From an uncultured bacterium (GTDB lineage: Bacteria; Fidelibacterota; Marinisomatia; Marinisomatales; UBA1611), in contig CAYOJL010000001.1 of assembly GCA_964404235.1 (NCBI GenBank), positions 13,826 through 60,837 of the forward strand: a DNA stretch of 47,012 bases. The letters run 5' to 3'. Numbering within the stretch: position 1 is the stretch's first letter; every line of letters begins with the position of its first letter. The position numbers and the translations under genes are program-made. Positions 20,025 through 29,800 of this stretch are shown here, piece by piece. The notes below the pieces were generated by a model. It had not been told where the DNA came from and made no database searches. It saw nothing but the letters and a program-made list of their open reading frames with translations.

Positions 20025-21760
20025 TATGATCGTATGATTATTGTTTGTATATATACTAAGAGTACAACGACTTGACCTATTGCTGCTATAAGCTCTTTAG
20101 CAGCATACCATTCATTATATTCTAACCTTTCTGGAATAAAAATTATATCCCCACTATCTATATTTTGGTTTCTTCTCAATTTTAATCTTTGTCCTGTTGT
20201 TGATTTAACTATGAACCTTTTTCTAGATGCATTTTTTGATATACCACCTGCCATATCTATATAGTCATTTGCTTTATTACCTATAACAAATGGATATCGC
20301 CCTGGTGATAAAATCGAGCCTATCACTTCTACATATGGAAAGTATCTTGGCACAAATATGATATCATCGCCTGATAGGAGGTGGTTCTTATCTTGAACAT
20401 CTGCTGAAGATGTTTCCAATGCACCTTTTTCTGTTCTTATTCTAGCTTTTACATATGCTTTTTCTTCAATAGATCTATTTAATTCATCTTTCAGCAATAT
20501 ACGTTCAAGTTCCCGATCTGGGATTTTTGCAATTGTACTATTATTTATAAATATCTTTGAGGAATCAGCATTTGGTAGAAAGCCGCCTGCTTCATAAATA
20601 ATATCATTTATTGTTGTTTCTCCTGCAATTATTGGATATGAGCCAGGATATTTTACCTCACCTATTATTTCAACGACATTATGTGGATTTTCATTATCAA
20701 AATAAGGCACCATAATGTGGTCTTCTGGAAATAATTCTGAATTTTTAGACTGTTCCATTTTTAGATAAAATGATTTCGAATCAAGAGTAGAGTCAACTCT
20801 GGTAATTCTTAGATTATCTACTTTTGCATTATGGTGAAGACCACCTGCAATTAATAAAGCATCATTTATATTGTCATTTACCTTATACTCATACTCGCCT
20901 GGCTTTTGGATTCCACCCTTCACAGTAAAATAACGATTCTTGTAAGGAATATGGATTATATCATTTTGGTGAATATATGGGTTGTATAATTCATTTCCTG
21001 TGACCTTGAATTTTTCTAGATCGACCTTTATGGAGTCATTACCTCGTATTACGGTAATATTCCTTTTAGATAAAAGATTAATATCATTCTTTTGAAGATT
21101 TTGATCAATTCCTAGTTTTCTTTTATAAAAATCATCAACAGCTATTCTGGACCTCATTCCAAATGTCTCATTATATATGGATTCTCCATTGCTTCCACTA
21201 ATTGATTCTTTTTTTCTTTGGTTGTAATCTGAAATAATTTGTTCAAATAGGTCTGATATCCTTGTCATTGGTGTGACCACAAAGTATCCTGCATTATTAA
21301 ATTGTCCAGTCACTAGTACTCTAAATTGTCTAATAACTTCTAATTCTACATTTATTTTGATATTCTTATTCCATGACCTTATCTGTTTTTTTATTTCTTT
21401 TATTAATTCTGATAACGTTAATCTGTTACATTCTACAATCCCAACTGAAGGAATAAGTAGTTTCCCAGTAGGGGATATCACAAGACTATGATCAAAGGTC
21501 TCATTACTTGAAATAATATTGATATGAAATTGATCGCCCGGGCCAACAAAATATTTTTTTGGGTCAACAGGTCTGTCAATTATAAATGTTTCTTGATTCT
21601 TATTATTTTTTCTAACTCCTGATACTATGCCTCCTGATTTAGATATTTGTTTTTGAGCTAGCCTTAAAGAATTAAGATCTAGTGTTTGGGATTGGGCAAC
21701 CCAGTTGATACACACTAATAGTGTTATTAATCTAATAATCATGTTCATTATTTTTGTCAT
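20024..21760 (-). CDS. Polysaccharide export protein with multiple SLBB domains (Wza/KpsD-like OPX)
   Basis: Signal peptide, YFVGPGD Poly_export start, repeated V.G.V..PG.Y...AGG SLBB units and a C-terminal amphipathic helix. Confidence 0.85.
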   Translation of the reverse strand: MTKIMNMIIRLITLLVCINWVAQSQTLDLNSLRLAQKQISKSGGIVSGVRKNNKNQETFIIDRPVDPKKYFVGPGDQFHINIISSNETFDHSLVISPTGKLLIPSVGIVECNRLTLSELIKEIKKQIRSWNKNIKINVELEVIRQFRVLVTGQFNNAGYFVVTPMTRISDLFEQIISDYNQRKKESISGSNGESIYNETFGMRSRIAVDDFYKRKLGIDQNLQKNDINLLSKRNITVIRGNDSIKVDLEKFKVTGNELYNPYIHQNDIIHIPYKNRYFTVKGGIQKPGEYEYKVNDNINDALLIAGGLHHNAKVDNLRITRVDSTLDSKSFYLKMEQSKNSELFPEDHIMVPYFDNENPHNVVEIIGEVKYPGSYPIIAGETTINDIIYEAGGFLPNADSSKIFINNSTIAKIPDRELERILLKDELNRSIEEKAYVKARIRTEKGALETSSADVQDKNHLLSGDDIIFVPRYFPYVEVIGSILSPGRYPFVIGNKANDYIDMAGGISKNASRKRFIVKSTTGQRLKLRRNQNIDSGDIIFIPERLEYNEWYAAKELIAAIGQVVVLLVYIQTIIIRS

Positions 21761-21769
21761 TTCGCCGAG

Positions 21770-21874
21770 GTCTCGACATGAGACAAGGGACTACTATCAC
21801 TCGATCGAATGTGCTATTATATTTTGCCTTTATTAACTAAACTGGGCGCAGTTTATATCGATAGTATTCCTTGT
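21770..21874. promoter_or_regulatory. Candidate structured element in the export-operon leader
   Basis: ACAAGGGACTACTATC (21783-21798) pairs with GATAGTATTCCTTGT (21860-21874). Internal hairpin TAAACTG-GGCG-CAGTTTA (21838-21855) and a further hairpin GTCTC-GACAT-GAGAC (21770-21784). Confidence 0.4.
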
Positions 21875-22022
21875 ATGAATAATCAAACTTATTCTGTAAA
21901 TGGAATTAATCCAAATTATATTTAGCCCGGGCAACTGCCCAAGAAAAACTGGAAAACCTATAAAATTTGGTAATGGATCATTATTCAAAATAAATTAATC
22001 ATATAATAAATGGTAATTGTAA

Positions 22023-23288
22023 ATGATATCGATCAAAAAACTTCGAAAAAATAAAGATTCCTTTCTAGAAAAATTAGCGTTGAAGCAAGATAATACCGAT
22101 TTAGACCTTATATTGTCTTTAGATGAAAAACTACGTGAATTGAAAACATCATCTAGCCAAATGAGAGCTGAAAGGAATAGTGCCTCTGAAGCGATTGGTC
22201 AAGCAAAAAAAGCGGGTGAAGATGCTACTGAAGCAATTAATAATATGAGAGTATTAGGAGAGAATCTAAAAAAGCTAGAGAATGATTTACATGATGTCTC
22301 AGACCAAATGAATGAACTATTATATAAAATTCCCAATCCTCCACATGATAGTTCTCCTGAGGGCCTGGATGAATCTGATAATATTGAAATTAGATCTTGG
22401 GGAAATAAGCCTGAATTTGACTTTATCCCAAAAACACATATTGAAATTGGGGAGAATCTAAAATTGTTTGATTTTAACAGAGGTGCGAAACTTTCTGGAA
22501 GCGGATTTCCTTTATACATTGGACAGGGAGCTATGCTTGAACGTGCCTTAATTAATTCAATGCTGGATCACCACCAGAAGGAATATGATTTTAAAGAAAT
22601 ATTTCCCCCAGTTTTAATGAAAAAGGATTCCATGGTAACAACAGGGCAGTTGCCAAAATTTGAAGAAGATATGTACCATACCGAATTAGATAATCTATAT
22701 CTTGCTCCTACTGCTGAAGTACCTGTAACTAATATACATCGTGAAGAGATCATTGATGAATCAGAACTACCAATCCACTACGTAGCATACTCACCATGTT
22801 TCAGAAGAGAGTCTGGCTCATATGGAAAAGATACAAGAGGTTTATTACGTGTTCATCAATTTAATAAGGTAGAATTGGTAAAGTTCACAACTCCTGAGGC
22901 ATCTTACGATGAATTGGAAGCTCTCACTCATCAGGCTGAATCGATTTTACAGAAATTAGGACTATATTACCGTGTGGTGGAATTATGTACTGGTGATTTA
23001 AGCTTTGCTGCAGCAAAGTGTTACGATCTGGAAATCTGGGCCCCTGGCGAAGGTAAATGGCTTGAAGTGTCATCGTGTAGTAATTTCGAATCATTTCAAT
23101 CACGTCGTGGAAACATAAGGTATAGAGATTCCGATAATAATGTAAAGTTCTTACATACATTAAATGGTTCTGGAGTTGCTACACCCAGACTAATGGTTGC
23201 TTTAATTGAAACTTATCAAAATGAAGATGGTACTATAAGTTTTCCAGAAAAAGTTGCTGATTTTTTAGGTTTTCAGGAGATTTCATAA
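22023..23288 (+). CDS. serS: Serine--tRNA ligase
   Basis: N-terminal coiled arm, TGQLPKF, PTAEVP, CFRRESG, GLLRVHQFNKVE, EVSSCSN and HTLNGSG motifs. Confidence 0.97.
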   Translation: MISIKKLRKNKDSFLEKLALKQDNTDLDLILSLDEKLRELKTSSSQMRAERNSASEAIGQAKKAGEDATEAINNMRVLGENLKKLENDLHDVSDQMNELLYKIPNPPHDSSPEGLDESDNIEIRSWGNKPEFDFIPKTHIEIGENLKLFDFNRGAKLSGSGFPLYIGQGAMLERALINSMLDHHQKEYDFKEIFPPVLMKKDSMVTTGQLPKFEEDMYHTELDNLYLAPTAEVPVTNIHREEIIDESELPIHYVAYSPCFRRESGSYGKDTRGLLRVHQFNKVELVKFTTPEASYDELEALTHQAESILQKLGLYYRVVELCTGDLSFAAAKCYDLEIWAPGEGKWLEVSSCSNFESFQSRRGNIRYRDSDNNVKFLHTLNGSGVATPRLMVALIETYQNEDGTISFPEKVADFLGFQEIS

Positions 23289-23990
23289 TTGAGGGCTTTC
23301 TGGGCTTTAATAGTCACAATTATTTTCACTCTTATTTTTGGATTATCCGGTATAGTCATATCACTTTTCGAATCTAAAAAGGGTCGTGCTCTTGGCCACT
23401 GTGCAAGACTTTGGGCAAAATATATTTTGTTTTTTACTGGTGTAAAATATTCGATAAAAGGTTTAAGCAGTCTTGATAAGAATAGTAATTATATTTTTGC
23501 AGGTAATCACACATCTGTCTTTGATATCCCGCTAGCATTTGCAACTTTACCCTTTTGGTTAGTTCCAATTGCCAAGGTAGAATTAAGATCTGCCTTTCTT
23601 CTTGGTTGGGTCATGAATACAGCAGGACATATTTGGGTAGATAGAAAAAATACTGATAGTGCTCTCAAATCTTTAGAATCAGCAAAGGAATCATTGAAAG
23701 ATATGCCTAGGTCTATTTTATTATTTCCGGAAGGAACGCGTACTCGCGATGGATCATTAGCTCCTTTCAAACCTGGGGGATTGCTACTGGCTGTTGATAC
23801 TGATACTCCTATCGTTCCAATAGCATTTATAGGAACACATGAAATGCTTAGACCTGAATCATGGTCTATGAATAACCACCCGATTCAGATACGTATAGGG
23901 AAACCTATTTCCCCAAAAGATTATTCTCTTGATACCCGTAGAGAACTTGCTAATTATGTAAGAGATAAAGTTCAGGAACTAAAGCAATGA
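23289..23990 (+). CDS. plsC: 1-acyl-sn-glycerol-3-phosphate (lysophospholipid) acyltransferase
   Basis: NHTSVFD (HX4D) and FPEGTR motifs. TTG start abuts the serS stop. Confidence 0.85.
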   Translation: MRAFWALIVTIIFTLIFGLSGIVISLFESKKGRALGHCARLWAKYILFFTGVKYSIKGLSSLDKNSNYIFAGNHTSVFDIPLAFATLPFWLVPIAKVELRSAFLLGWVMNTAGHIWVDRKNTDSALKSLESAKESLKDMPRSILLFPEGTRTRDGSLAPFKPGGLLLAVDTDTPIVPIAFIGTHEMLRPESWSMNNHPIQIRIGKPISPKDYSLDTRRELANYVRDKVQELKQ

Positions 23991-24472
23991 ACACATGTTT
24001 TACTGATCAAAAGGAGATTATTAAGAAAGATTGTAAAGAATGGAAAGAATTGGGAAATATTGTTGTATTTACAAATGGTTGTTTTGATCTATTGCATAAA
24101 GGGCACATTGATCTTTTAAAAGCATCAGAAAAGCTGGGTGATAAATTAATTGTTGGCCTCAATTCCGATAACTCAGTTAGATTATTAAAAGGTGTTGATA
24201 GGCCTATCCAATCAGAGTTAGAAAGGATGGATATGCTTTTAAAAACAGGTCTAGTATCAAGGGTCTATATTTTCAATGATGACACTCCAGTAAAATTGAT
24301 AAGACTTATTAAACCTGATATTTTGGTAAAAGGTGGAGATTATTCTCCAGATGAAGTGGTAGGGAATAAAGATTTGAAAACATGGGGCGGAAGGGTTAAG
24401 ATAGTGCCTTTAACTCCCAACTACAGCACCACATCAATAATAGAAAAAATGAAGAGACAAGGTCTTGTGTGA
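23987..24472 (+). CDS. rfaE2: D-glycero-beta-D-manno-heptose 1-phosphate adenylyltransferase (stand-alone RfaE domain II)
   Basis: VFTNGCFDLLHKGH, VGLNSDNSV, KG..RP, KPDILVKGGDY and STTSII motifs. Confidence 0.85.
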   Translation: MNTCFTDQKEIIKKDCKEWKELGNIVVFTNGCFDLLHKGHIDLLKASEKLGDKLIVGLNSDNSVRLLKGVDRPIQSELERMDMLLKTGLVSRVYIFNDDTPVKLIRLIKPDILVKGGDYSPDEVVGNKDLKTWGGRVKIVPLTPNYSTTSIIEKMKRQGLV

Positions 24473-24520
24473 TATCATATTTAAGCTTAATATCCAGTTG
24501 CGGAGTTACACTAAATCCCT

Positions 24521-26146
24521 TTGAATAAGATATTTAGAGCATTCATATTATTTTTGATATTAACCAATTATCTAATTGGTTCGGAGGCAAGGTCTGCCTC
24601 AAATGTGTTTCCAAATCCCTCTGTTTTTACAAATACAAGCGATACAACTAATAACATTAGTATTGATGAAACCCGTAATAGGTTCCCTGAATTATTACGG
24701 GATTCAAAATTACTTATGGCAGAGGTTATAGTATCTGATTTTAATAAGGATACACTAGAAGTTGCTTTTTTACTTAGTAAGATCTTTGAATTGCTAATGG
24801 AAGCAGACCAGATTGGTGAAATGAATCTAGAGGATAAGGAAGAATTTGACCGTTTCAATCGAACATTCACAGATCTTTATACCCATAAATTGGTAACTGT
24901 ACAGAATATTAATGCACCAGTAATGGCTGAAAGAGTTTGGGCAGATATTACGGAAGCTATTGAAATTGAAATGGGTGAAACAAAATTTACGGTTGTTGAA
25001 GATAGAGATGGACATATTCCTTTAGTGAGGACTAAGCAGGTTGATCAATATATTAATTATTTTCAAACAAAAGGAAGAAAGCAGTTTCAGATATGGCTTA
25101 ATAGGTATGCTAAGTATAAAGATCTTATCTTACCAATTCTTAAAGAACATGAGATGCCTGAAGAGCTAATGTACTTGGCAATGATCGAGTCTGGTCTTAA
25201 CCCAAAAGCCTACAGTAAAGCGAAAGCATCAGGTATGTGGCAATTTATTTACTCAACAGGAAAAAAATATGGGTTAAATCGAGATTGGTATAGGGACGAA
25301 CGCAGAGATCCGGTAAAAGCGACTCATGCTGCTTGTAAATATTTAAAGCATATGTATACTCTATTTGATAACTGGTATTTAACACTGGCTGCTTATAACT
25401 GCGGTGAAGGAAGAGTTTTAAGAGCATCTAAACTCCATCAGACATATGATTTTTGGCAGATGCATGCTTTACCAAGAGAAACAAGGAATTACATACCATA
25501 TTTCTTGTCAGCAGCTATTATTGCTCGTACTCCTGAGGCATATGGTTTCAAGGTACCAAAAAATGTAAAAACATTTCAATATGAGACTATTACGCTTGAG
25601 AAAAGTGCAGATATCGCTGTTCTTGCACGTGTTGCAGGACTGAAACCAAATATCCTTAGAGAGTATAATCCAGAGCTCAGACAGTCAGCAACTCCAGCAG
25701 AGAATGGTTACATATTAAAATTACCAGTTGGTATTAAAGATGGATTTAATAGCGCATGGAATGCTATTCCAGAAGAAGAGCGCTTTGCGCCACAGTTTGT
25801 AGTCCATCGAGTTAGATATGGTGAAAGTCTTTGGACTATTTCGAAGAAATATAATGTATCAATACATGATTTAGCTGCGGTAAATAAAATTAGGAATAGA
25901 AATAAAGTTAGAGTTGGACAGAAATTAAATGTGCCTTTAAAAGGTGGACGAGTTTGGGGAAATGGTGATAACGGAGGTCCACCTGGATATTCTAAACGTG
26001 TTTATAGGGTAAAACGTGGAGACACATTAGGACAGATTGCAGAAACCTTTGGAACAAGAGCAAGTAAAATAAGGCGTTGGAATAATTTGAAATATGGTTC
26101 ACATTTGATTCATCCAGGACAAAAATTGGTTATTTGGGTAAAATAG
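24521..26146 (+). CDS. mltD: Membrane-bound lytic murein transglycosylase D-like protein (SLT + LysM domains)
   Basis: LAMIESG, A.GMWQF, LAAYNCGEG and ETRNY SLT motifs, with LysM repeats HRVRYGESLWTISKKY and YRVKRGDTLGQIA. Confidence 0.88.
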   Translation: MNKIFRAFILFLILTNYLIGSEARSASNVFPNPSVFTNTSDTTNNISIDETRNRFPELLRDSKLLMAEVIVSDFNKDTLEVAFLLSKIFELLMEADQIGEMNLEDKEEFDRFNRTFTDLYTHKLVTVQNINAPVMAERVWADITEAIEIEMGETKFTVVEDRDGHIPLVRTKQVDQYINYFQTKGRKQFQIWLNRYAKYKDLILPILKEHEMPEELMYLAMIESGLNPKAYSKAKASGMWQFIYSTGKKYGLNRDWYRDERRDPVKATHAACKYLKHMYTLFDNWYLTLAAYNCGEGRVLRASKLHQTYDFWQMHALPRETRNYIPYFLSAAIIARTPEAYGFKVPKNVKTFQYETITLEKSADIAVLARVAGLKPNILREYNPELRQSATPAENGYILKLPVGIKDGFNSAWNAIPEEERFAPQFVVHRVRYGESLWTISKKYNVSIHDLAAVNKIRNRNKVRVGQKLNVPLKGGRVWGNGDNGGPPGYSKRVYRVKRGDTLGQIAETFGTRASKIRRWNNLKYGSHLIHPGQKLVIWVK

Positions 26147-26186
26147 TTCAAAAAACATTATTTGAACTGCATAAGGGGAAAGAATA

Positions 26187-26474
26187 ATGACAAAACAGGA
26201 AATTGTAGATTTTGTATCAGAAGCAACTGGGCTAACAAAGGTTGAAACAGAAACGGTCATGAATGGAATAATGGGTACAATTATTGATTCATTAGCAAAT
26301 AATGAAAGAGTAGAGCTTCGCGGTTTTGGCACTTTTGGAATAAAGCATAGGATGCCAAAGAAAGCACGTAACCCAGGTACAGGAGAACCAGTTTATTTAC
26401 CAGAAAGGTTTGTTCCGACATTTAAACCTAGTAAACTCATGCGGTCAAGAGTGAACGATTTAATCAATAAATAG
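26187..26474 (+). CDS. HU/IHF family DNA-binding protein
   Basis: MTKQE, VELRGFGTF, ARNPGTGE and PTFKPSK motifs. AAGGGGA lies upstream. Confidence 0.93.
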   Translation: MTKQEIVDFVSEATGLTKVETETVMNGIMGTIIDSLANNERVELRGFGTFGIKHRMPKKARNPGTGEPVYLPERFVPTFKPSKLMRSRVNDLINK

Positions 26475-26485
26475 GTGGATTCTAA

Positions 26486-26581
26486 ATGCCAAGTGGTAAA
26501 AAAAGAAAAAAGAAAAAAATGAATACACATAAGCGTAAGAAGCGTTTACGTGCAAATCGCCATAAGAAAAAAGATAGATAA
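26486..26581 (+). CDS. 31-aa basic small ribosomal protein bS22 (mS38/AURKAIP1-COX24 family), absent from the ORF track
   Basis: Manual translation gives MPSGKKRKKKKMNTHKRKKRLRANRHKKKDR*, with an AGGTGG SD-like site upstream. It matches the MPSGKKRK...THKRKKR.R.NRHKKK pattern of Bacteroidota bS22. Confidence 0.88.
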   Translation: MPSGKKRKKKKMNTHKRKKRLRANRHKKKDR

Positions 26582-26641
26582 CTTATAAGAAATGGGCTAA
26601 TTGCCCTCTGCCTTAATCCTCTTCGGTCAAACATTTGATTT

Positions 26642-27850
26642 ATGTCTGAGTTCCAAGATTGCTATACAGTCTCTAATCTAAATACAAGGATAAGAGAATT
26701 ACTTGAACATCAACTTACTGATGTTTGGGTAAAAGGTGAGATTTCCAATTTCCATCATCATCCATCATCAGGGCATATGTATTTTACCTTGAAAGATCGT
26801 GGAGGCGAACTACGTTGTACCATGTTTCGCATGAATAATTCTTATCTAAAGTTTAAACCAAGTGATGGAATGGAAGTCCGTCTTTTTGGGCTAGTTACAG
26901 TATACGAAAAGCGTGGACAAGTGCAATTAAAAGTATCTATTATGGAGCCAATAGGCCTCGGTGACCTCTATAGATCATATGAATTATTAAAAAAATCTTT
27001 AAATGAAGAAGGACTATTTGATGATAAGCATAAAACAAAATTACCCTCTTACCCCAATAAAATAGGAATTATAACATCAGGGTCAGGTTCCGCCTACCAA
27101 GATATTCTTAATGTTCTTTCAAGAAGAGCTCCCAATATTAATGTTTTACTTAGATCGGTAAAGGTACAAGGTGATGGTGCAGCAGAAGAGATTGTAAATG
27201 CAATTGAGCTATTTAATAAATATGGTGGTATAGATATATTGGTCTTAGCAAGAGGTGGTGGTTCTATTGAGGACTTATGGTCATTCAATGAAGAAAAAGT
27301 TGCACGTGCTATTTTCAGTTCATCTATCCCAGTTATTTCAGGTATAGGTCATGAAACAGATTTTACAATAGCTGATTTTGTAGCAGATCTTCGTGCACCT
27401 ACTCCTTCAGCTGCAGCAGAGCTAGCTGTGCCTCTACTAGATGATTTATTATTATATCTCTCTGAGAGTAATAATAGATTGATTCGGAGAATGAAGACCC
27501 GATTAGAACAAAAATGGCAGATAAAAGATCAAATGCATAATAGGATATCCTATCAACAACCCATAACAAAAATAGAGAGACAATTTGAAAAATTAGATAG
27601 ATTGTATGATCGTTCATTAAAAACAATAAATGTTAAATATGATAAATGGCATCAACATACAGAGTCATTATCAAAACAATTGTTGAGTCTTGGTCCAAAA
27701 CAAGTACTTGAAAGAGGATATGCGATTCCTTTTGACCGATCTGGAAAAATCATACGTAGAGCAGATCAAATATCTATAGGAGAAGCATTTGAATTAAAGA
27801 CCGCTAGAGGTAGTCTTGGAGCAAAGAAAACATCAGATATTAATAAATAA
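26642..27850 (+). CDS. xseA: Exodeoxyribonuclease VII large subunit
   Basis: VWVKGEISNF, SGHMYFTLKD, ARGGGSIEDLWSFNEE, GIGHETDFTIADFVADLRAPTPSAAAE and VLERGY motifs. Confidence 0.97.
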   Translation: MSEFQDCYTVSNLNTRIRELLEHQLTDVWVKGEISNFHHHPSSGHMYFTLKDRGGELRCTMFRMNNSYLKFKPSDGMEVRLFGLVTVYEKRGQVQLKVSIMEPIGLGDLYRSYELLKKSLNEEGLFDDKHKTKLPSYPNKIGIITSGSGSAYQDILNVLSRRAPNINVLLRSVKVQGDGAAEEIVNAIELFNKYGGIDILVLARGGGSIEDLWSFNEEKVARAIFSSSIPVISGIGHETDFTIADFVADLRAPTPSAAAELAVPLLDDLLLYLSESNNRLIRRMKTRLEQKWQIKDQMHNRISYQQPITKIERQFEKLDRLYDRSLKTINVKYDKWHQHTESLSKQLLSLGPKQVLERGYAIPFDRSGKIIRRADQISIGEAFELKTARGSLGAKKTSDINK

Positions 27851-27868
27851 AACCAATTAATTTTTATT

Positions 27869-28099
27869 ATGCCAAAAAAGAAAAAGGAAACCTCTTTTGA
27901 AAAAGATCTAGAACGTTTAGAAAGCTTGGTCAATAAAATGGAATCTGGAGATGCAACTCTAGAACAGAGTTTAGTATGGTTTGAGGAGGGAATGGGCCTA
28001 ATAAGGTCTTGCCAGGCTCAATTGAATAATGCTGAACAAAAAGTTCAGGAATTGATTCAAAATAGGGATGGTAAAATTGATATCAAGGATACTAAATGA
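27869..28099 (+). CDS. xseB: Exodeoxyribonuclease VII small subunit
   Basis: SFE..LERLE.LV.KMESG...LEQSL..FEEG..L...C...L..AEQKV pattern, downstream of xseA. Confidence 0.95.
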   Translation: MPKKKKETSFEKDLERLESLVNKMESGDATLEQSLVWFEEGMGLIRSCQAQLNNAEQKVQELIQNRDGKIDIKDTK

Positions 28100-28977
28100 C
28101 CTCTCCAAAATCATTTGGTATTTGGGGTAATACTGATAAAGAATCTTTTTGGGAAACATTGCCTGAGATTATTACTTGGTCAAAAAATAATAACCTAAAA
28201 GTATATCTAACTAAAAGAATTATTGATCATGAAAATGGTCCAGATATTGATAAAGGTATTATCAGCTCAAAAGATGATATAGAAGGGCTTGATTTCATGC
28301 TTGTATTGGGAGGAGACGGTACATTCCTCTCTTTAGCGCGTACAGTAGCACATCGAAATACACCTATATTGGGTATCCATCTAGGGGACCTTGGTTTTCT
28401 TGCGAAAGTTACTCTTAAAGATCTTTTTTTTAGACTCAACCAAGTAGCAAAAGGAAATTATGTTCTAGAAAAAAGAATATTTGTTAATGCAACCATAAAG
28501 AATAATGGTAAGAAGATCCAACAATTAGCCTTAAATGATTTTGTTATCACAAATAGTCAATCCCATCGTATGCTCAATGCAACTATATATGTCGATAACC
28601 ATATGGTAGGAAATTATAGATCAGATGGTTTGATCATAGCTACTCCAACTGGATCCACAGCCTATTCTTTATCAGCAGGTGGCCCAATTGTAACTCCAAA
28701 GGTAGACTCACTGATCATAACACCTACTGCAGCCCATACTCTTACATCACGACCTTTAGTAATTCCTGCGGATTCAAAGATCACATTAAGTTTTCCCAAT
28801 TTCAATGATTCAATCCAGTTTATTGCAGATGGTCAGATACATGAATATCTTGATCCATCTTGTGAGATAGATATTGGGAGTTCAGATTATAGTGTAAAAT
28901 TGATCGATTTTAAAGATACCGATTATTTTGAAACGTTACGAAAGAAGATGGGTTGGGGTAAGAGAGGAGAGCAGTAG
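28096..28977 (+). CDS. nadK: NAD(+) kinase
   Basis: LGGDGTFL, GDLGFL, ALND, DGLIIATPTGSTAYSLSAGGP and DG motifs. Confidence 0.95.
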   Translation: MTSPKSFGIWGNTDKESFWETLPEIITWSKNNNLKVYLTKRIIDHENGPDIDKGIISSKDDIEGLDFMLVLGGDGTFLSLARTVAHRNTPILGIHLGDLGFLAKVTLKDLFFRLNQVAKGNYVLEKRIFVNATIKNNGKKIQQLALNDFVITNSQSHRMLNATIYVDNHMVGNYRSDGLIIATPTGSTAYSLSAGGPIVTPKVDSLIITPTAAHTLTSRPLVIPADSKITLSFPNFNDSIQFIADGQIHEYLDPSCEIDIGSSDYSVKLIDFKDTDYFETLRKKMGWGKRGEQ

Positions 28978-29018
28978 ATTATTAACTTTAGCTGTGTTCA
29001 TAACTGTCATATGCTAAG

Positions 29019-29792
29019 CTATGATATCTGGCTAAACGGCATGTGCTCTTTTTTTTGGAATTCAGGTCTCTTTACATAATTATTATTTATGTTATTTTGT
29101 TTTTGACCACGTAATAATGCACATTCCCATCCATCGCGATTAACAAATGTTGTTGTTGGAATGTATCTAAGCGTCAGTCCAATACGCCATTGACTAGAAA
29201 TATTCGCATTTGATCCATGAATTATAAATGGATTATGTATGGATATATCACCAGGCGAGAGCTCAATGTCTATAGATGATGTTTCATCTATATCATCAGG
29301 ATGAATGGCCAGGTCAAGTACATAATCCCTAGTATCTAATTTTATCATTTCTGAGGGTTTTAATAGTCTCTTGTTATGTGTACCCGGGATTACTCTCATA
29401 CATGCATTCTTTTTATTTGAATGGGTTCCAGCAAGCCAGACAGATACGACATCCATAGGCTCAAGCGGCCAATAGGAACCATCTTGATGCCATCCAACCG
29501 GTTGCCCGCTTAAAGGTTTTTTTGCTATATAATGCGCTCCAAACAGAGCAATATTTGGTCCAATGATCGTTTCCACTATATCTAGTATAGTTTTTTGATC
29601 TAGAATATGATGTATGAATGGATCATGTATTAGCATATTATGGTGAAACGCTTCTGGTCTGGTATTTGGATATTTTCTACTCAGCCAGTGTACGTGATTC
29701 TCAATTTCTTTTGCGAGTTCTGGACTTATAACATTTTTTATTATTGCATATCCATCACGTTTGTATTGTTTTTTAATTTTTTGTTTGATCAT
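29019..29792 (-). CDS. Phytanoyl-CoA dioxygenase (PhyH) family Fe(II)/2-oxoglutarate dioxygenase
   Basis: DGY, WHQDGSYWP (HxD), VIPGTH, PGD...H..IIHGS..N and a following Arg. Confidence 0.88.
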   Translation of the reverse strand: MIKQKIKKQYKRDGYAIIKNVISPELAKEIENHVHWLSRKYPNTRPEAFHHNMLIHDPFIHHILDQKTILDIVETIIGPNIALFGAHYIAKKPLSGQPVGWHQDGSYWPLEPMDVVSVWLAGTHSNKKNACMRVIPGTHNKRLLKPSEMIKLDTRDYVLDLAIHPDDIDETSSIDIELSPGDISIHNPFIIHGSNANISSQWRIGLTLRYIPTTTFVNRDGWECALLRGQKQNNINNNYVKRPEFQKKEHMPFSQIS

Positions 29793-29800
29793 ATTAAGTC

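Noticed and set aside
21800-21835. c-di-GMP-I riboswitch suggested by GGCAAA on the minus strand
   Set aside because: There is no GNRA-capped P2 or tetraloop receptor, and the spacing does not fit.
26594-26606. GGGC-TAATT-GCCC hairpin after bS22 as a terminator
   Set aside because: It has only a 4-bp stem and no U-tract.
29019-29792. Non-heme iron halogenase
   Set aside because: It retains the HxD carboxylate (HQD), whereas halogenases have HxA or HxG.
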